Shown: positions 51,270 through 61,850, counted from the stretch's first letter. The stretch: DNA of 64,000 nt from Rhodospirillaceae bacterium (GCA_016792585.1 JAEULB010000165.1:4337-68336), one strand, 5' to 3'. A program made the numbers and translations. Notes: generated from the sequence alone by a model not told the origin.

Positions 51270-51347
51270 ATCAGTCCCTCTGCTCCGCCGCCAGCTTGGC
51301 GGCGAGTCGGGAGGGGGGCAAGTCCCAACGCCGCCGGACGAACGGGC

Positions 51348-52124
51348 TCAGACGACGACGGGAGCGACCGCACCGTCCATCGAGACGATCACGCCGGTGA
51401 CGTAGCTGGCCTTGGACGAGGCGAGGAACAGCGTTAGGTTCGCGATCTCTTCCGGCTCGGCCATGCGGCCCATCGGGATGCGCTGGACTGCGCGCTTCAA
51501 CGCTTCGTCCTCGGTGATGCCGTTGAGCTTGGCGTCGGACTTGAGGCCCTCGGCGACACGGTCGGTGTTGGTCAGGCCCGGGTTGATGCCGACGACGCGC
51601 ACGCCCTTGCCGGCATAGGCGGTGGCGAGACCGGCGGTCGCCAGCATCAGCGCGGCATTGGCGGCGCCGCCCGCCAGGTGCGTCGGGCTCGCAACCTTGC
51701 CACCATTGCCGATGATGTTGACGATGACGCCCGATCCGCGTTTGCTCATGCGCTTCACCGCCGGATCGAAGACGTTCACGTAGGAAAAGTACTTGGCGTC
51801 CATCGCCGCCCTCCAGGCGGCCGGCGTCAGGTCGTCGGGCGCCGTTCGCTTCGCCGCGCCCGCGGAGTTGACCAGGATGTCGATAGGACCGAGGTCGCGC
51901 TCGGTCGCATCGACCATGCGCTGTGCCTGGTCGGCGTCGATCAGGTCGGCGGCGTAGCCTTTGGCACCTGAAAGGCCCTTGAGGGCGCGGTCAATGTTAG
52001 CCTGGGAGCGGGACGCGATCGCGACCTTGGCGCCCTCGGCGAAAAAGGCCTTGGCGCAGGCAAGCCCGATGCCCTTGGAGCCGCCGGTGACGACGACGAC
52101 CTTGCCCTTGAGATCGAGATTCAT
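51348..52124 (-). CDS. SDR oxidoreductase
   Basis: ORF 51348..52151. ATG 52124 (SD GGAG) gives MNLDLKGKVVVVTGGSKGIGLA. Confidence 0.9.
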   Translation of the reverse strand: MNLDLKGKVVVVTGGSKGIGLACAKAFFAEGAKVAIASRSQANIDRALKGLSGAKGYAADLIDADQAQRMVDATERDLGPIDILVNSAGAAKRTAPDDLTPAAWRAAMDAKYFSYVNVFDPAVKRMSKRGSGVIVNIIGNGGKVASPTHLAGGAANAALMLATAGLATAYAGKGVRVVGINPGLTNTDRVAEGLKSDAKLNGITEDEALKRAVQRIPMGRMAEPEEIANLTLFLASSKASYVTGVIVSMDGAVAPVVV

Positions 52125-52125
52125 C

Positions 52126-52869
52126 TCAGACTCCAAGATAAAGGCCGCCATTCACATGGATCGCCTGGCCGGTGACGTAGCGGCCCTGCGGCCCGGCGAG
52201 CCAGCGGACGGCGGACGCGATCTCATCGGGACGGCCGCGGCGTCCGACCAGCGGCGCGTGGGTCGAATGATGGCTCGGCTGCTTGCCGCCTGCGCGCGAC
52301 GTGTCGATCTGCCCGGGAACCACGCAGTTGGCGGTGATGCCGTCGGGGGCCAGGTCATGGGCGAGGCCGCGGGTGAAGCCGACGAGGCCGAGCTTGGCGG
52401 TGAGGACATGCGCTCGGTCAGCGGCGCCGAGATGCGCGCTCACGCCACCGATGTTGACGATCGCGCCGCTGCCCCCCGCCTTCAGCGCCGCATGTGCTGC
52501 CTTGGTGCAGTGGAAGGCGCCGTCGAGGCAGGTGCCCAGGACGGCACGCCATCTCGCGAAGTCGAGCTCGGCGAAGGGGACCTCGCCGCGCAGCGCGGCG
52601 TTGTTCACCAGGATATCGAGCCGGCCGAAGTGCGAGACAGCGGCCTCCACCATGCGCCTGACCGCCTCGGGATCGGCGACGTCGGCGAGATGAGCGACAG
52701 CCTTGCCGCCGGCAGCGGCGATCTCCTTCACCACAGCGTCGGCTTCCGCCTGGTTTGAGCGGGCGTTGACCACGACCGAAGCGCCGGCCTTGGCAAGGTC
52801 GAGCGCGATCGCGCGGCCGATGTTGCGTCCGGCGCCGGTGACCAGTGCCACCCGTCCGTCGAGTTCCAT
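52126..52869 (-). CDS. SDR oxidoreductase
   Basis: ORF 52126..52980. ATG 52869 (SD GGGAG) gives MELDGRVALVTGAGRNIGRAIA. Confidence 0.9.
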   Translation of the reverse strand: MELDGRVALVTGAGRNIGRAIALDLAKAGASVVVNARSNQAEADAVVKEIAAAGGKAVAHLADVADPEAVRRMVEAAVSHFGRLDILVNNAALRGEVPFAELDFARWRAVLGTCLDGAFHCTKAAHAALKAGGSGAIVNIGGVSAHLGAADRAHVLTAKLGLVGFTRGLAHDLAPDGITANCVVPGQIDTSRAGGKQPSHHSTHAPLVGRRGRPDEIASAVRWLAGPQGRYVTGQAIHVNGGLYLGV

Positions 52870-52873
52870 GGAG

Positions 52874-54238
52874 CTACTCCCTGAACGGCGTGAGGTCGAT
52901 GCGCGCCGAAGAGAAAGCCTGGCGCACGAAGGTGAGGAACGATTGGGCCTTGGCGTCCGTCCAGCCACCGTAGCGGGCATTGGAGACGAACTTGGCGTCG
53001 ATCTCGGCGCGGGTCAGCGGCTCCGAGGCGCCGCCGCGGAAATGCGGTTGGCGGAGCTCAATCACCTTGCCGTCCACGAGCGTCGCCCTGATATGGCCGG
53101 TGAAGCGTTTGGGGTAGGGATCGTTCGGGTCGATGCGATAGCGCACCTTCGCCGCCACCGCCTGCAGGCGCGGGTCCTGGGATCGCTCGTCGCTGAAGGC
53201 GTCCAGGCCTGCGTCGCCGAGCACCAGCCCGGCGGCGATGCAGTAGGGGATCGAGAACTTGCCGGCATAGCCGTTGGGCACGCGCTGCTTGTCGGCGAGC
53301 GGTTCCCACAGGCGATGGACGTAGCCGTCGGCGGTATCGCAGAGGATGTCGGTGATCTGCTCCGGCTTGACCCCTTGATCCGCCAGCCGCCGCGCGCAGT
53401 CGATGTAAGGGTGGGTCATCGTCCCGCAGGCATAGGGCTTGAAGGCGATCGTCTCGGTGACCCAGTTCTCCCCGAACGTATCGAGCAGGACCGCCCAGTC
53501 GCCGCTCGTCGCATGCGCGAAGCCGTGGAACAGGCCGTGCTGCCCCTCGAAAACGGTGCGCGGACCGACGAAGCCCGACTTCGCCAGCATTGCCGCGCGA
53601 TAGCCGCTCTGCGCCGCCCAGCCCGGATGCAGCCGCTTGGTCCAGGTGCCTTCGGTCAGGTACTCGATGATGCCCGACGCCATGCTGCCGGCGACGCCGA
53701 GAGCGGAGGCGATGTCCTTGGCCGGAAGGCGCAGCGCGGCGGCAACGCCCGCTGCGGCGCCGAGCGCGCCGAACACCGCCGTCGGATGGAATCCGGCCTT
53801 GTGCACAGCCTTCGGGATCACCGTGGAGAGCCGGCAGGTGACCTCGAGGCCGACCGCGATGCCGCGGAGCGTGTCGGCACCGGAGAGCCGGTGCCGCTCG
53901 GCCGTCGCCAGGATCGCCGGCAGGATGACGACGCCGGCATGCACCGGGCCGCCTTCAAAGGTGTCGTCGAAGTCCTCGCCATGGGAGGCGGTGCCGTTGA
54001 CGATCGCGGCGCCGGCGGGATCGAAGCCGCCAGCATGGCCGATGATGGTGCAGGGGCCGCCCGGATCGATCGCGGCTTTGGCCGATGCCACGTATTCGAG
54101 GCCGCGCGCGGCGACGCAGAGACCGACGAAATCGGTCAGTAACGCCTCGCACATAGCGCGAAGCGCGGGCGGAAACTTGGCGACATCGAGGGAGACGATA
54201 CGCTCGGCAAGGCGTTCGGCGACGGCAAGTTCAGGCAT
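52874..54238 (-). CDS. MmgE/PrpD family protein (2-methylcitrate-dehydratase-like)
   Basis: 454 aa. GTASHGEDFDDTFEGGPVHAG is the conserved PrpD-family block. Confidence 0.9.
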   Translation of the reverse strand: MPELAVAERLAERIVSLDVAKFPPALRAMCEALLTDFVGLCVAARGLEYVASAKAAIDPGGPCTIIGHAGGFDPAGAAIVNGTASHGEDFDDTFEGGPVHAGVVILPAILATAERHRLSGADTLRGIAVGLEVTCRLSTVIPKAVHKAGFHPTAVFGALGAAAGVAAALRLPAKDIASALGVAGSMASGIIEYLTEGTWTKRLHPGWAAQSGYRAAMLAKSGFVGPRTVFEGQHGLFHGFAHATSGDWAVLLDTFGENWVTETIAFKPYACGTMTHPYIDCARRLADQGVKPEQITDILCDTADGYVHRLWEPLADKQRVPNGYAGKFSIPYCIAAGLVLGDAGLDAFSDERSQDPRLQAVAAKVRYRIDPNDPYPKRFTGHIRATLVDGKVIELRQPHFRGGASEPLTRAEIDAKFVSNARYGGWTDAKAQSFLTFVRQAFSSARIDLTPFRE

Positions 54239-55721
54239 TCTTGAGCTTTCGTGCGGGCTTGATGAATTCGGACCAGACCGAATAGGCGGTCAGTGCCACG
54301 GCGGCGAGCAGCAGTCCCAGCGACACCGGATCCTGGATGAAGATCGAATGGTCGCCGCGAGCCAGGACCAAGCTGCGTCGGTAGTTGGATTCGACCAGGA
54401 AGCCCAGCACCGCGCCCAGCACCATCGGCAGAGTGGGGATCCCGAGCCAGCGCATGCCGTAGCCGACCACGCCCATGATCAGCACGAGCCAGAGGTCGGA
54501 GAGCGAGGCGTCGGTCGCGTAGACGCCCGAGACCACGATCGCGAGGATGAAGGCGATCAGGTAGGGCTTCGGTCGGTTCACCAGCCAGATGCAGGGCGTC
54601 AGGATCACGAGGCCGACCAGCACCATCAGGATGTTGGCGGCGAACAGCCCGCCATAGAGCCCGTAGACGACATCAGGTGCCTTCTGGAACAGCATCGGTC
54701 CCGGTATCAGGCCATGCAGCAGGAATCCGGCGAGCAGCACCGCGGCCGAGTTCGATCCGGGAATGCCGAAGCTCAGCATCGGGATCAGCGCGGTCGCGGT
54801 GACGACATTGTTGGCGCATTCGGGCGCGGCGACGCCCTCGATCGAGCCCTTGCCGAACTCCTCGGGATGCGACGACCAGCGCCTTGCCTCGTTGTAGGAG
54901 AGGAAGGCGGCGATGCTGCCGCCGCCGCCGGGCGTGAGACCCTCGAAGGTGCCGATGGTGCAGCCGATCACCTGGCTCTTCCAGAGGCGCTTCCACATCT
55001 TGAAGCTCGGAAGCTTGAGTCGTGTATCGCGGCTGCTTGCCTTGTCCCAGGCCGGGGTCGAGATCTGCGAGAGCATCTCGGTCACGGCGAAAAGGCCGAC
55101 CATCACCAGGATCGGGCGGATGCCGCCGAGCAGGTCGGGGCTGCCGCCGGTGAAGCGCGAGACGCCGGAGACCGGATCGGTGCCGACCGTCGCGATCATC
55201 AGGCCCAGGATGCCGGAGATCAGGCCCTTGATCAGCGACTTGCCCGACAGGCTGGCGATCACCGACAGGCCGAGGATGCCGAGCGCGCAATAGGCGGGCG
55301 GCGTGAAGGCGAGCGCCACCGCCGCCATCGGCTCGGTCGCGATCGTCAGGAGGATCAGGCCGAAGAGGCCGCCGACGAATCCCGCCATCAGCGAGATGCC
55401 GAGCGCTTCGCCAGCACGGCCCTGGCGCGCGAGTTCGTAGCCATCGATCGTCGTCGCGGCCGCGGCATTGGTACCGGGCGTGCGGATCAGGATCGCCGGG
55501 ATCGAGCCGCCATACTCGGCGCCGACATAGACGGCGGCAAGCATCGTCAGCGCCGCGGTCGGATCCATGCCGTAAGTGAGAGGCAGCAGCAGCGCCATCG
55601 CCACCGACGGCGAAAGGCCGGGAAGTGCGCCGCCGAGGATGCCCCAGACGACGCCGGCGAGCGCCGCGGGCAAAGTCCAGCCGCCGAGCAAGGCGCTGAC
55701 GGCCGATGAGAGAATATCCAT
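54231..55721 (-). CDS. tctA: Tripartite tricarboxylate transporter (TTT) large permease TctA
   Basis: ORF 54231..56144. Start at the internal Met (MDILSSAVSALLGGW...) gives 496 aa. GALPGLSPSVAMALLLPLTYGM is typical of TctA. Confidence 0.9.
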   Translation of the reverse strand: MDILSSAVSALLGGWTLPAALAGVVWGILGGALPGLSPSVAMALLLPLTYGMDPTAALTMLAAVYVGAEYGGSIPAILIRTPGTNAAAATTIDGYELARQGRAGEALGISLMAGFVGGLFGLILLTIATEPMAAVALAFTPPAYCALGILGLSVIASLSGKSLIKGLISGILGLMIATVGTDPVSGVSRFTGGSPDLLGGIRPILVMVGLFAVTEMLSQISTPAWDKASSRDTRLKLPSFKMWKRLWKSQVIGCTIGTFEGLTPGGGGSIAAFLSYNEARRWSSHPEEFGKGSIEGVAAPECANNVVTATALIPMLSFGIPGSNSAAVLLAGFLLHGLIPGPMLFQKAPDVVYGLYGGLFAANILMVLVGLVILTPCIWLVNRPKPYLIAFILAIVVSGVYATDASLSDLWLVLIMGVVGYGMRWLGIPTLPMVLGAVLGFLVESNYRRSLVLARGDHSIFIQDPVSLGLLLAAVALTAYSVWSEFIKPARKLKNA

Positions 55722-55726
55722 CGGTC

Positions 55727-56203
55727 TTAAGGCATCCAGGTGCCGAGCGGCAGCATCACGCCCAGGAATTTCGCGAAGAACAGCCAGAAGGCGAGGCCGC
55801 CGATGGCCGCGATCGCGACGAGCGTCGGCGACAAGCGCGCGCCGCCATAGACCGCCACCCCGCCGATCAGCAGGGCCAGCGCCAGCGGGTATCCGAGGAT
55901 AGGCAGGAGCACGGCGTAGGCGCCGAGACCGGCGACCAGTCCGGCCGCACGCAGATTTGTCCGCCGGCGCACGGCCGGATCGGCCTCGTCCTCGCCGTCT
56001 CCGGCGGGTACCGGCTTCAAGCGTGTCGCGACGACGAGGAGCGCACCGCAGACGGCGAGCGCGATCGCCAGCATCTTCGGCGCGCCGTCGGCGCCGACCG
56101 CATCGGAAAGAAGGCTCACCGGAATCTGGGCGGCGGCGGCCCAATAGGCCGCCGCCAGCACCATCACGCCGAGACCGAGAAAGTCGTCCCGGCTCAACGT
56201 CAC
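55727..56203 (-). CDS. tctB: TTT small membrane subunit TctB
   Basis: ORF 55727..56368. GTG 56203 overlaps the tctC stop (GTGA) and gives 158 aa with about 4 TM. Confidence 0.75.
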   Translation of the reverse strand: MTLSRDDFLGLGVMVLAAAYWAAAAQIPVSLLSDAVGADGAPKMLAIALAVCGALLVVATRLKPVPAGDGEDEADPAVRRRTNLRAAGLVAGLGAYAVLLPILGYPLALALLIGGVAVYGGARLSPTLVAIAAIGGLAFWLFFAKFLGVMLPLGTWMP

Positions 56204-57156
56204 TTGATCACTCCGAGCTCGGTCAGTGACGCCTTCACCTCGTCGGCGAACTTCGCGGTGAAGGCGCGGGCCTGCTCGCGTCCCAGGGCCACGGGCTCGA
56301 GGGCCTCCTTCGAATAGACGTCCTTGTAGGCTGGGCTCGCCAGCGCCTTCTTGACCGCGTCCTCCCACATCTTGGCCACGTCGTCGGGCACACCCTTCGG
56401 ACCGGCGAGGCCGCGGAACTTGCTTACGACGAGATCGACACCCTGTTCCTTCGCCGTCGGCAGGTCAGGGAGCTCGGGCAGGCGCTTGTCGCCGAGGACG
56501 GCGAGCAGGCGGACCTTTTTGGCCTCGATCTGCGAGCGTAGCTCCTGCACCTCGCCGACGCCGATGTCGAGCGTGCCGTTCAGCACGTTGATCATCAGGT
56601 CGCCGCCGCCCTCGTGGCTGACGATGGCCGCCTTGGCGCCGGTGATCTTGTTCAGCTTCTCGAAGGCGATGCGCTCGAGCGAGGCCGGGTTGGCGGCGCC
56701 CCACTTCTGCTTGCCTACGTTCTTCTTCGCATCCGCCACCACATCGGCGAAGGTCTTATGCGGCGACTCGGTGCGGGTGTAGATGATCGTCGGATCGAAG
56801 AAGACGATGACCATCGGATCGAGCTGGTCATAGCCTACCGCCGGCTTCGAGAGCAGCGTCGTCTGGATGTAGGTCGGCGTCGTCGCGTAGAAGATGCTGC
56901 CGTTCGCCGGCGACTTCGCCAGTTCCGCCATCGCTCTGGCGCCGCTGCCGCCGGTGATGTTGCTGACCGCGAGGTTGGCGCCGATGATCGGCTGGACGTG
57001 CTTCACCAGCTCTCGTAGGAACACATCGCTGCCGCCGCCGGCGCTGGAGTGGGTGGCCAGGGTCACCGTCGGAACCGGATACTTGGCCTGGGCCATCGAG
57101 GCTGCCGGGGACAGCGCCAGCCCCACGGCGAATGCCGCCGCCGCTAATCGCATCAT
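56200..57156 (-). CDS. tctC: TTT periplasmic solute receptor TctC (Bug family)
   Basis: ORF 56200..57174. ATG 57156 is preceded by AAGGAGGAG at 6-nt spacing. Signal peptide MMRLAAAAFAVGLALSPAASMAQA. Confidence 0.9.
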   Translation of the reverse strand: MMRLAAAAFAVGLALSPAASMAQAKYPVPTVTLATHSSAGGGSDVFLRELVKHVQPIIGANLAVSNITGGSGARAMAELAKSPANGSIFYATTPTYIQTTLLSKPAVGYDQLDPMVIVFFDPTIIYTRTESPHKTFADVVADAKKNVGKQKWGAANPASLERIAFEKLNKITGAKAAIVSHEGGGDLMINVLNGTLDIGVGEVQELRSQIEAKKVRLLAVLGDKRLPELPDLPTAKEQGVDLVVSKFRGLAGPKGVPDDVAKMWEDAVKKALASPAYKDVYSKEALEPVALGREQARAFTAKFADEVKASLTELGVIK

Positions 57157-57183
57157 GATCGTCTCCTCCTTCATTATCCGGGG

Positions 57184-58914
57184 TTATCCCCCTCTGAGCC
57201 GGACGCCGGAGCCGACGCCGGTAATCCAGTTGGCGAAGCCGACCACCGCGAAGGTGATCAGCAGCATCGCGGTGCCGAGCACGGCGATCGCGCCGAGATC
57301 GCCGCTTTCGTTGAGGTCGTAGATCACCACCGAAAGCACCTTGGTGTCGGAGGTGAACAGCATGATCGCAGCCGACAGCTCGCGGACGACGCCGATGAAG
57401 ACGAAGCACCAGGCGGCGACGACGCCGCTCTTCAGCAGCGGCGCGGTGATGCGGGCGAGCGTCTTCAGCCGCCCGGCGCCGAGGATGCGGCTCGCTTCCT
57501 CGAGCTCCGGATGGACGGCGCGGAAGGACGAGCGCAGCTGCTGGAACGCCGCCGGAAGCTCGATGGTCAGGAAGGCCAGAAGCAGGATCCACAGCGTGCC
57601 GTAGAGCGCCAAGGGTGGTCGCGCATAGGCGAGGAACAGCCCGACGCCGAGCACGATGCCGGGGATCGCCACGGGTGCCGTCGCGAGGAATTCGAGGGTC
57701 TTCGATCCGGGAATCGCCCGCCTGGCCGTCAGGTAGGAGATGAACAGCGCCAGCAGGGTGCCGAGCGTCGCAGTGGAGAGCGCGAGCACGACCGTGTTCC
57801 AGAAGGCTTTCTGGGTCTGCGAGAACTCGAGGAAGACGAAGCGCAGATGCTTCAGCGTCATCGCCTCCGGCACGAAGGGGGCGCCGGGATAGGTGCTTAT
57901 CGCCGCCTTCAGCAGCGCCGTATACGGAAGGAACAGCGGCAGCGCCAGGATCGCGAGCACTAGGAGCAGCGCGGGGATCCGGAAGGCCCCGAGACGGATC
58001 AGCCGAGGATCGCCCGACTTGCCGCTGACCACGGTGTAGCCGCGCCGGCCGAGCAGCCGGCTTTGCACCATCAGCAGCACCACGGTGACAACGAGCAGCG
58101 GCAGCGCCGCGGCGGCGGCGAGCTGCGGCTTCGGCGGGAACTGGAACAGCGCGAAGATCTTGGTCGTGATCGTGTGGAAACCTGCCGGCAGCGCCAGGAT
58201 CGCGGGCGAGCCGAACAGGGTCATCGCCTGCAGGAAAGCGATCAGCGCGCCGGCCAGGATCGCCGGCACGACCAGCGGTACGGTGATCGTCAGCACCGTC
58301 CGCCAGCGACCCGCGCCGAGGATGCCGGCCGCATCCTCGAGGTCGGCCGGGATGCGGTCCAGCGCATTGCTGACCAGCACGAAGGCGAAGGGTGCGGTGT
58401 AGCAGGAGATGACGAACACCAGCCCCGGCAGCGAGTAGATGTCGAGCAACGGGTCGGGCGAGCCGGTAAGGCCGCGCCAAAGCTGATTCAGGATGCCGCT
58501 GTTCGGCGCCGCCAGGATCTCCCAGGCGATGGCGCCGAGGAAGGGCGGGGTGACGAAGCTGGCGGTCATCAGCGCGCGGATGGTTCGCCGCGCAGGGAGG
58601 TCGGTGCGTGCCACCAGCCAGGCGAGCGGCGACGCCACGGCGGGGGCGGCGATGGCGACGCAGAAGCAGAGCGTCAGCGTCGTCAGCATCGGCTCGCGCA
58701 GCGCCGGGTCGGAGGCCAGCGCGACGAAATTGGCCAGGGTCGGTGCGCCGGTACGGTCGGTCAGTGCGTAGTAGAAGAGCCAGCCGACCGGCAGGCCGAT
58801 CAACAGGACGAGCAGCACCGCGGCCGCCGACAGCACCAGCAGCGAGGCATCGAAGCCGCCGAGGATGCGAGCCCGGCGCGCAGCCGAGGGCGTGACGATG
58901 GTTTCCGCGGTCAT
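57184..58914 (-). CDS. ABC transporter permease, fused double-domain (Fe3+/FbpB-like architecture)
   Basis: 576 aa with two tandem MetI-like permease halves (about 12 TM). Confidence 0.85.
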   Translation of the reverse strand: MTAETIVTPSAARRARILGGFDASLLVLSAAAVLLVLLIGLPVGWLFYYALTDRTGAPTLANFVALASDPALREPMLTTLTLCFCVAIAAPAVASPLAWLVARTDLPARRTIRALMTASFVTPPFLGAIAWEILAAPNSGILNQLWRGLTGSPDPLLDIYSLPGLVFVISCYTAPFAFVLVSNALDRIPADLEDAAGILGAGRWRTVLTITVPLVVPAILAGALIAFLQAMTLFGSPAILALPAGFHTITTKIFALFQFPPKPQLAAAAALPLLVVTVVLLMVQSRLLGRRGYTVVSGKSGDPRLIRLGAFRIPALLLVLAILALPLFLPYTALLKAAISTYPGAPFVPEAMTLKHLRFVFLEFSQTQKAFWNTVVLALSTATLGTLLALFISYLTARRAIPGSKTLEFLATAPVAIPGIVLGVGLFLAYARPPLALYGTLWILLLAFLTIELPAAFQQLRSSFRAVHPELEEASRILGAGRLKTLARITAPLLKSGVVAAWCFVFIGVVRELSAAIMLFTSDTKVLSVVIYDLNESGDLGAIAVLGTAMLLITFAVVGFANWITGVGSGVRLRGG

Positions 58915-58965
58915 TCGGAAGAGGCGGAGACGGTGATTAGCCGCCTCCGCCCATGTCCTTCAGGC

Positions 58966-60012
58966 TCAGGTCTTGAACAGGCGCGTGTAGCGGGCCTTGA
59001 TCTCTTCGGCCTGCTTGTCGACCGCTTCGGCGTCGTCCTTCATCAGCTTGATCTCCGACAGCGGCTTCTGGCCGGCCGGCACCTTGATGCCGGGATGGGC
59101 CGAACGCAGCGAACCGATGTCGATGAGGTACTGCTGCCCTTCGACGGTGAAGAGCCATGTGTAGAACAGCTTCGCCGCATTCTGGTTGGGCGCGCGCTTC
59201 ATGACACCGGCGGGGCCGATGACCAGGGGCGTTCCCTCGGCCGGGTAGACCAGCTCGATCGGCGCCTTTTGCGCCTTGAGCAGCGCCACGTTGTACTCGT
59301 TGCCGTCGGCCATGACGGCACGCTCGCCGGAGGCGACCTTGTTCGGCGGGTCGACCGACGACTGGACCTGCATGATCCGCTGCTGGGCCAGCTTCTCGAA
59401 GAAGGACCAGCCGATGTCGCGGGAGATCTGGAAGGTCGAAGTCAGGATCGTGCCGCTATATCCGGGATGCGCCTTGACTATCTTGCCGGCCCATTTCGGG
59501 TCGAGCAGGTCGGCGAAGCTCTTCGGCGCTTCCTCGGGTTTCACCTGCTGGGTGTTGTAGGCGATGACGCTGAGATTGATGCGCCAGGCCGCGAACAGTC
59601 CGCCCGGATCCTTGTAGGCCGGCGCGTAGTGCTTGGCGACATCCTCCGGCACGACAGGCTGCAGCCAGCCTTCGCGCTTCCAGTAGACGAAGTGCGCCGC
59701 ATCGGAGCTGTCGACGACGTCGACTGCGGCGATATTGCTCGCGTACTCCTGGCCGATGCGCTGGAACACGCGCTCGGCACCGGAGCGCTCGACCTGGACC
59801 TTGACGCCTGGGAACTTGGCCTCGAACGCCTTGGCAAGCTGCTCGGCCACCTTGACGTCGACGGCGGTGTACCAGACGACCTTGCCTTCCTTCTTCGCCG
59901 CCTCGATCAGCGCGGGCGTGATCGTGGTGGGTGCCGGCTGGGCCGCGGCCGGCGCTGCCAGCGCCAGCATGGCTCCCAGTCCCAGCAGAAGATTGCGCAA
60001 CCTGATCTTCAT
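58966..60012 (-). CDS. ABC transporter substrate-binding protein (family 1, Fe3+/polyamine-type)
   Basis: 348 aa. Signal peptide, then KKEGKVVWYTAVDVKVAEQLAKAFEAKFPGVKV, typical of this SBP class. Confidence 0.85.
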   Translation of the reverse strand: MKIRLRNLLLGLGAMLALAAPAAAQPAPTTITPALIEAAKKEGKVVWYTAVDVKVAEQLAKAFEAKFPGVKVQVERSGAERVFQRIGQEYASNIAAVDVVDSSDAAHFVYWKREGWLQPVVPEDVAKHYAPAYKDPGGLFAAWRINLSVIAYNTQQVKPEEAPKSFADLLDPKWAGKIVKAHPGYSGTILTSTFQISRDIGWSFFEKLAQQRIMQVQSSVDPPNKVASGERAVMADGNEYNVALLKAQKAPIELVYPAEGTPLVIGPAGVMKRAPNQNAAKLFYTWLFTVEGQQYLIDIGSLRSAHPGIKVPAGQKPLSEIKLMKDDAEAVDKQAEEIKARYTRLFKT

Positions 60013-60075
60013 CGTCTCCTCCTTGCCGGTGGTTGTTGCCGCTTCTTGTTCTTGGCCGTCGTTGCGACGGCGTCT

Positions 60076-61137
60076 CTACGATGGCAATGGCCGGCAGCGC
60101 TCGGTCGGCAGGTCGACCCAGACCCGCGTGTCGGCCGGGATAGCGAGATCGGGCGGGGCCGAGGCACGGATGACAGTGCCGTCGGCGAGCTCGAGGGCGA
60201 GGTCGCGGAGCGAGCCTAAGAAGGTCTGGCGCACCACGCGGGCTTCGAGCCGGTTGCCGCCGCCACCGCCGCCATTCGCATGCACGCGCACCTCGTGGAA
60301 GCGGATCGACAACGAGGCCTCCGATCCAGCGACGAACGCTGATTCGGCGCAGCGAAGAACCGCGGCCCCGACATCGAGGCGTATCGCATCGACGGCGCGG
60401 CCCTTGAGGATATTGGCGCCGCCGAGGAATCCGGCGACGAAGGCCGATCGGGGGCGAGAGTAGATCTCCTCCGCCGTGCCGGCCTGCTCGATCCGCCCAT
60501 GGTTCATCACAACGATCAGGTCGGCGGTGGTCATCGCCTCGGCCTGGTCGTGGGTGACGTAGACGGTGGTGTAGCGGAAGGCATCGTGGAGGCGCCGGAT
60601 CTCGAATCGCATCTCCTCGCGGAGCGCGGCATCGAGGTTCGACAGCGGCTCGTCGAGCAGAAGGATATTCGGCTCGATCACCAGCGCGCGGGCAAGCGCC
60701 GCCCGCTGCTGCTGCCCGCCGGAGAGCTCTCCGGGATAGCGGTCGGCCAAGGCCCCGAGCTTGACCGCGGCCAGCATCTCGCCGACACGCCGGGAGATAT
60801 CCGCCTTCGGCAGGCGACGGAGCGTCAGTCCATAGGCGACGTTGTCCGCGACCGTCATGTGCGGCCAGAGCGCGTAGCTTTGGAAGATCATCGACATGCC
60901 GCGCTGCTCCGGCGGCGTGGCAAAGCCGGGTGACGACAGCACCTTGCCGTCGACGTGGATCTCTCCTCCGGTCGGCTCGACGAACCCGGCAATCAGGCGA
61001 AGCGTCGTCGTCTTGCCGCAGCCCGACGGACCCAGAAGGCAGACGAGATTGCCGGCCGGCACCGCCAGGTCGATGCGGTCGACGACGGCGTTGCCGTCGT
61101 AGTGCTTGCTCAGGCCCCGGAGATCGAGATGGGCCAT
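60076..61137 (-). CDS. ABC transporter ATP-binding protein (PotA/FbpC/MalK-like with a C-terminal regulatory domain)
   Basis: Walker A GPSGCGKTT, signature LSGGQQQRAALARAL. Confidence 0.9.
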   Translation of the reverse strand: MAHLDLRGLSKHYDGNAVVDRIDLAVPAGNLVCLLGPSGCGKTTTLRLIAGFVEPTGGEIHVDGKVLSSPGFATPPEQRGMSMIFQSYALWPHMTVADNVAYGLTLRRLPKADISRRVGEMLAAVKLGALADRYPGELSGGQQQRAALARALVIEPNILLLDEPLSNLDAALREEMRFEIRRLHDAFRYTTVYVTHDQAEAMTTADLIVVMNHGRIEQAGTAEEIYSRPRSAFVAGFLGGANILKGRAVDAIRLDVGAAVLRCAESAFVAGSEASLSIRFHEVRVHANGGGGGGNRLEARVVRQTFLGSLRDLALELADGTVIRASAPPDLAIPADTRVWVDLPTERCRPLPS

Positions 61138-61850
61138 CAGGCGGCCGTTCGCGGCGTCGCGGCGTCGGCCGCCGCCATCATCCGGTTGCGTCCTGACCGG
61201 ACGTGATCGCGCATGGCCGCGGCGGCGGCTTCTGCGTCGCGGCTGGCGAGCGCGGCGACGATGGCTCGGTGCTCGTCGTTGGAGACCAGGAGCCCGCCGC
61301 CGCGCAGCAGGCCGCGCCGGCGCAGCAGGTGCATCTCGTTGATCAGGCGGCGGTACATGACGAGCAGTTTGCCGTTGCCGGTCATCTCGACGATGCGGTC
61401 GTGGAAGCGGAGGTTGAGGGGGAAGTATGTGGCGAAGGTTTCCGGCGCGAGCAAGACCTCGAGATCGTCGACGAGACGTTTCAGCTCGTCGACCTGGTCC
61501 GCTGTGATGCGGGGAGCCAGAAGCCGCCCGGCCAGCTCGTCGAGCCCGGCGCGGACGGCGTACATCTCTTCGGCCTCGTTGTCGCCGATTTCGCGGACGA
61601 AGACGCCGCGGTTCTTCTCGAGCCGCACCAGGCCGGCCTCTTCAAGCGCGCGAAACGCCTCGCGGACGCTGGATCGGCCGACCCCGAGCCGGTCGGCGAT
61701 CGCGAATTCCTTGACCTGGGCACCGGCGTCGAGCTCGCCGGAGAGGATCATCCGGACGATCTCCTCCTGTACCAGGCTCGTCAGCGAGGTCGAGCGGAGG
61801 AAGCCGATCGCGGACTGCGCGCTGTCGCCGTTGCTCCGGAACTCGGTCAT
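61137..61850 (-). CDS. GntR-family transcriptional regulator (FadR/FCD subfamily)
   Basis: 237 aa. wHTH ...FAIADRLGVGRSSVREAFRALEEAGLV... plus a helical FCD-type C-domain. Its stop overlaps the ATPase ATG (TGATG). Confidence 0.9.
   Translation of the reverse strand: MTEFRSNGDSAQSAIGFLRSTSLTSLVQEEIVRMILSGELDAGAQVKEFAIADRLGVGRSSVREAFRALEEAGLVRLEKNRGVFVREIGDNEAEEMYAVRAGLDELAGRLLAPRITADQVDELKRLVDDLEVLLAPETFATYFPLNLRFHDRIVEMTGNGKLLVMYRRLINEMHLLRRRGLLRGGGLLVSNDEHRAIVAALASRDAEAAAAAMRDHVRSGRNRMMAAADAATPRTAA

Noticed and set aside
55676-55730. Apparent 1-nt discrepancy when hand-translating across the tctA start region and the tctB stop, which would imply a frameshift or pseudogene
   Set aside because: The supplied ORF track gives an uninterrupted TctA frame, and its coordinates are internally consistent with the neighbouring genes (tctB stop at 55727, tctC stop at 56200). 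I attribute the discrepancy to my own base counting, not to a real frameshift. Coordinates were taken from track arithmetic.
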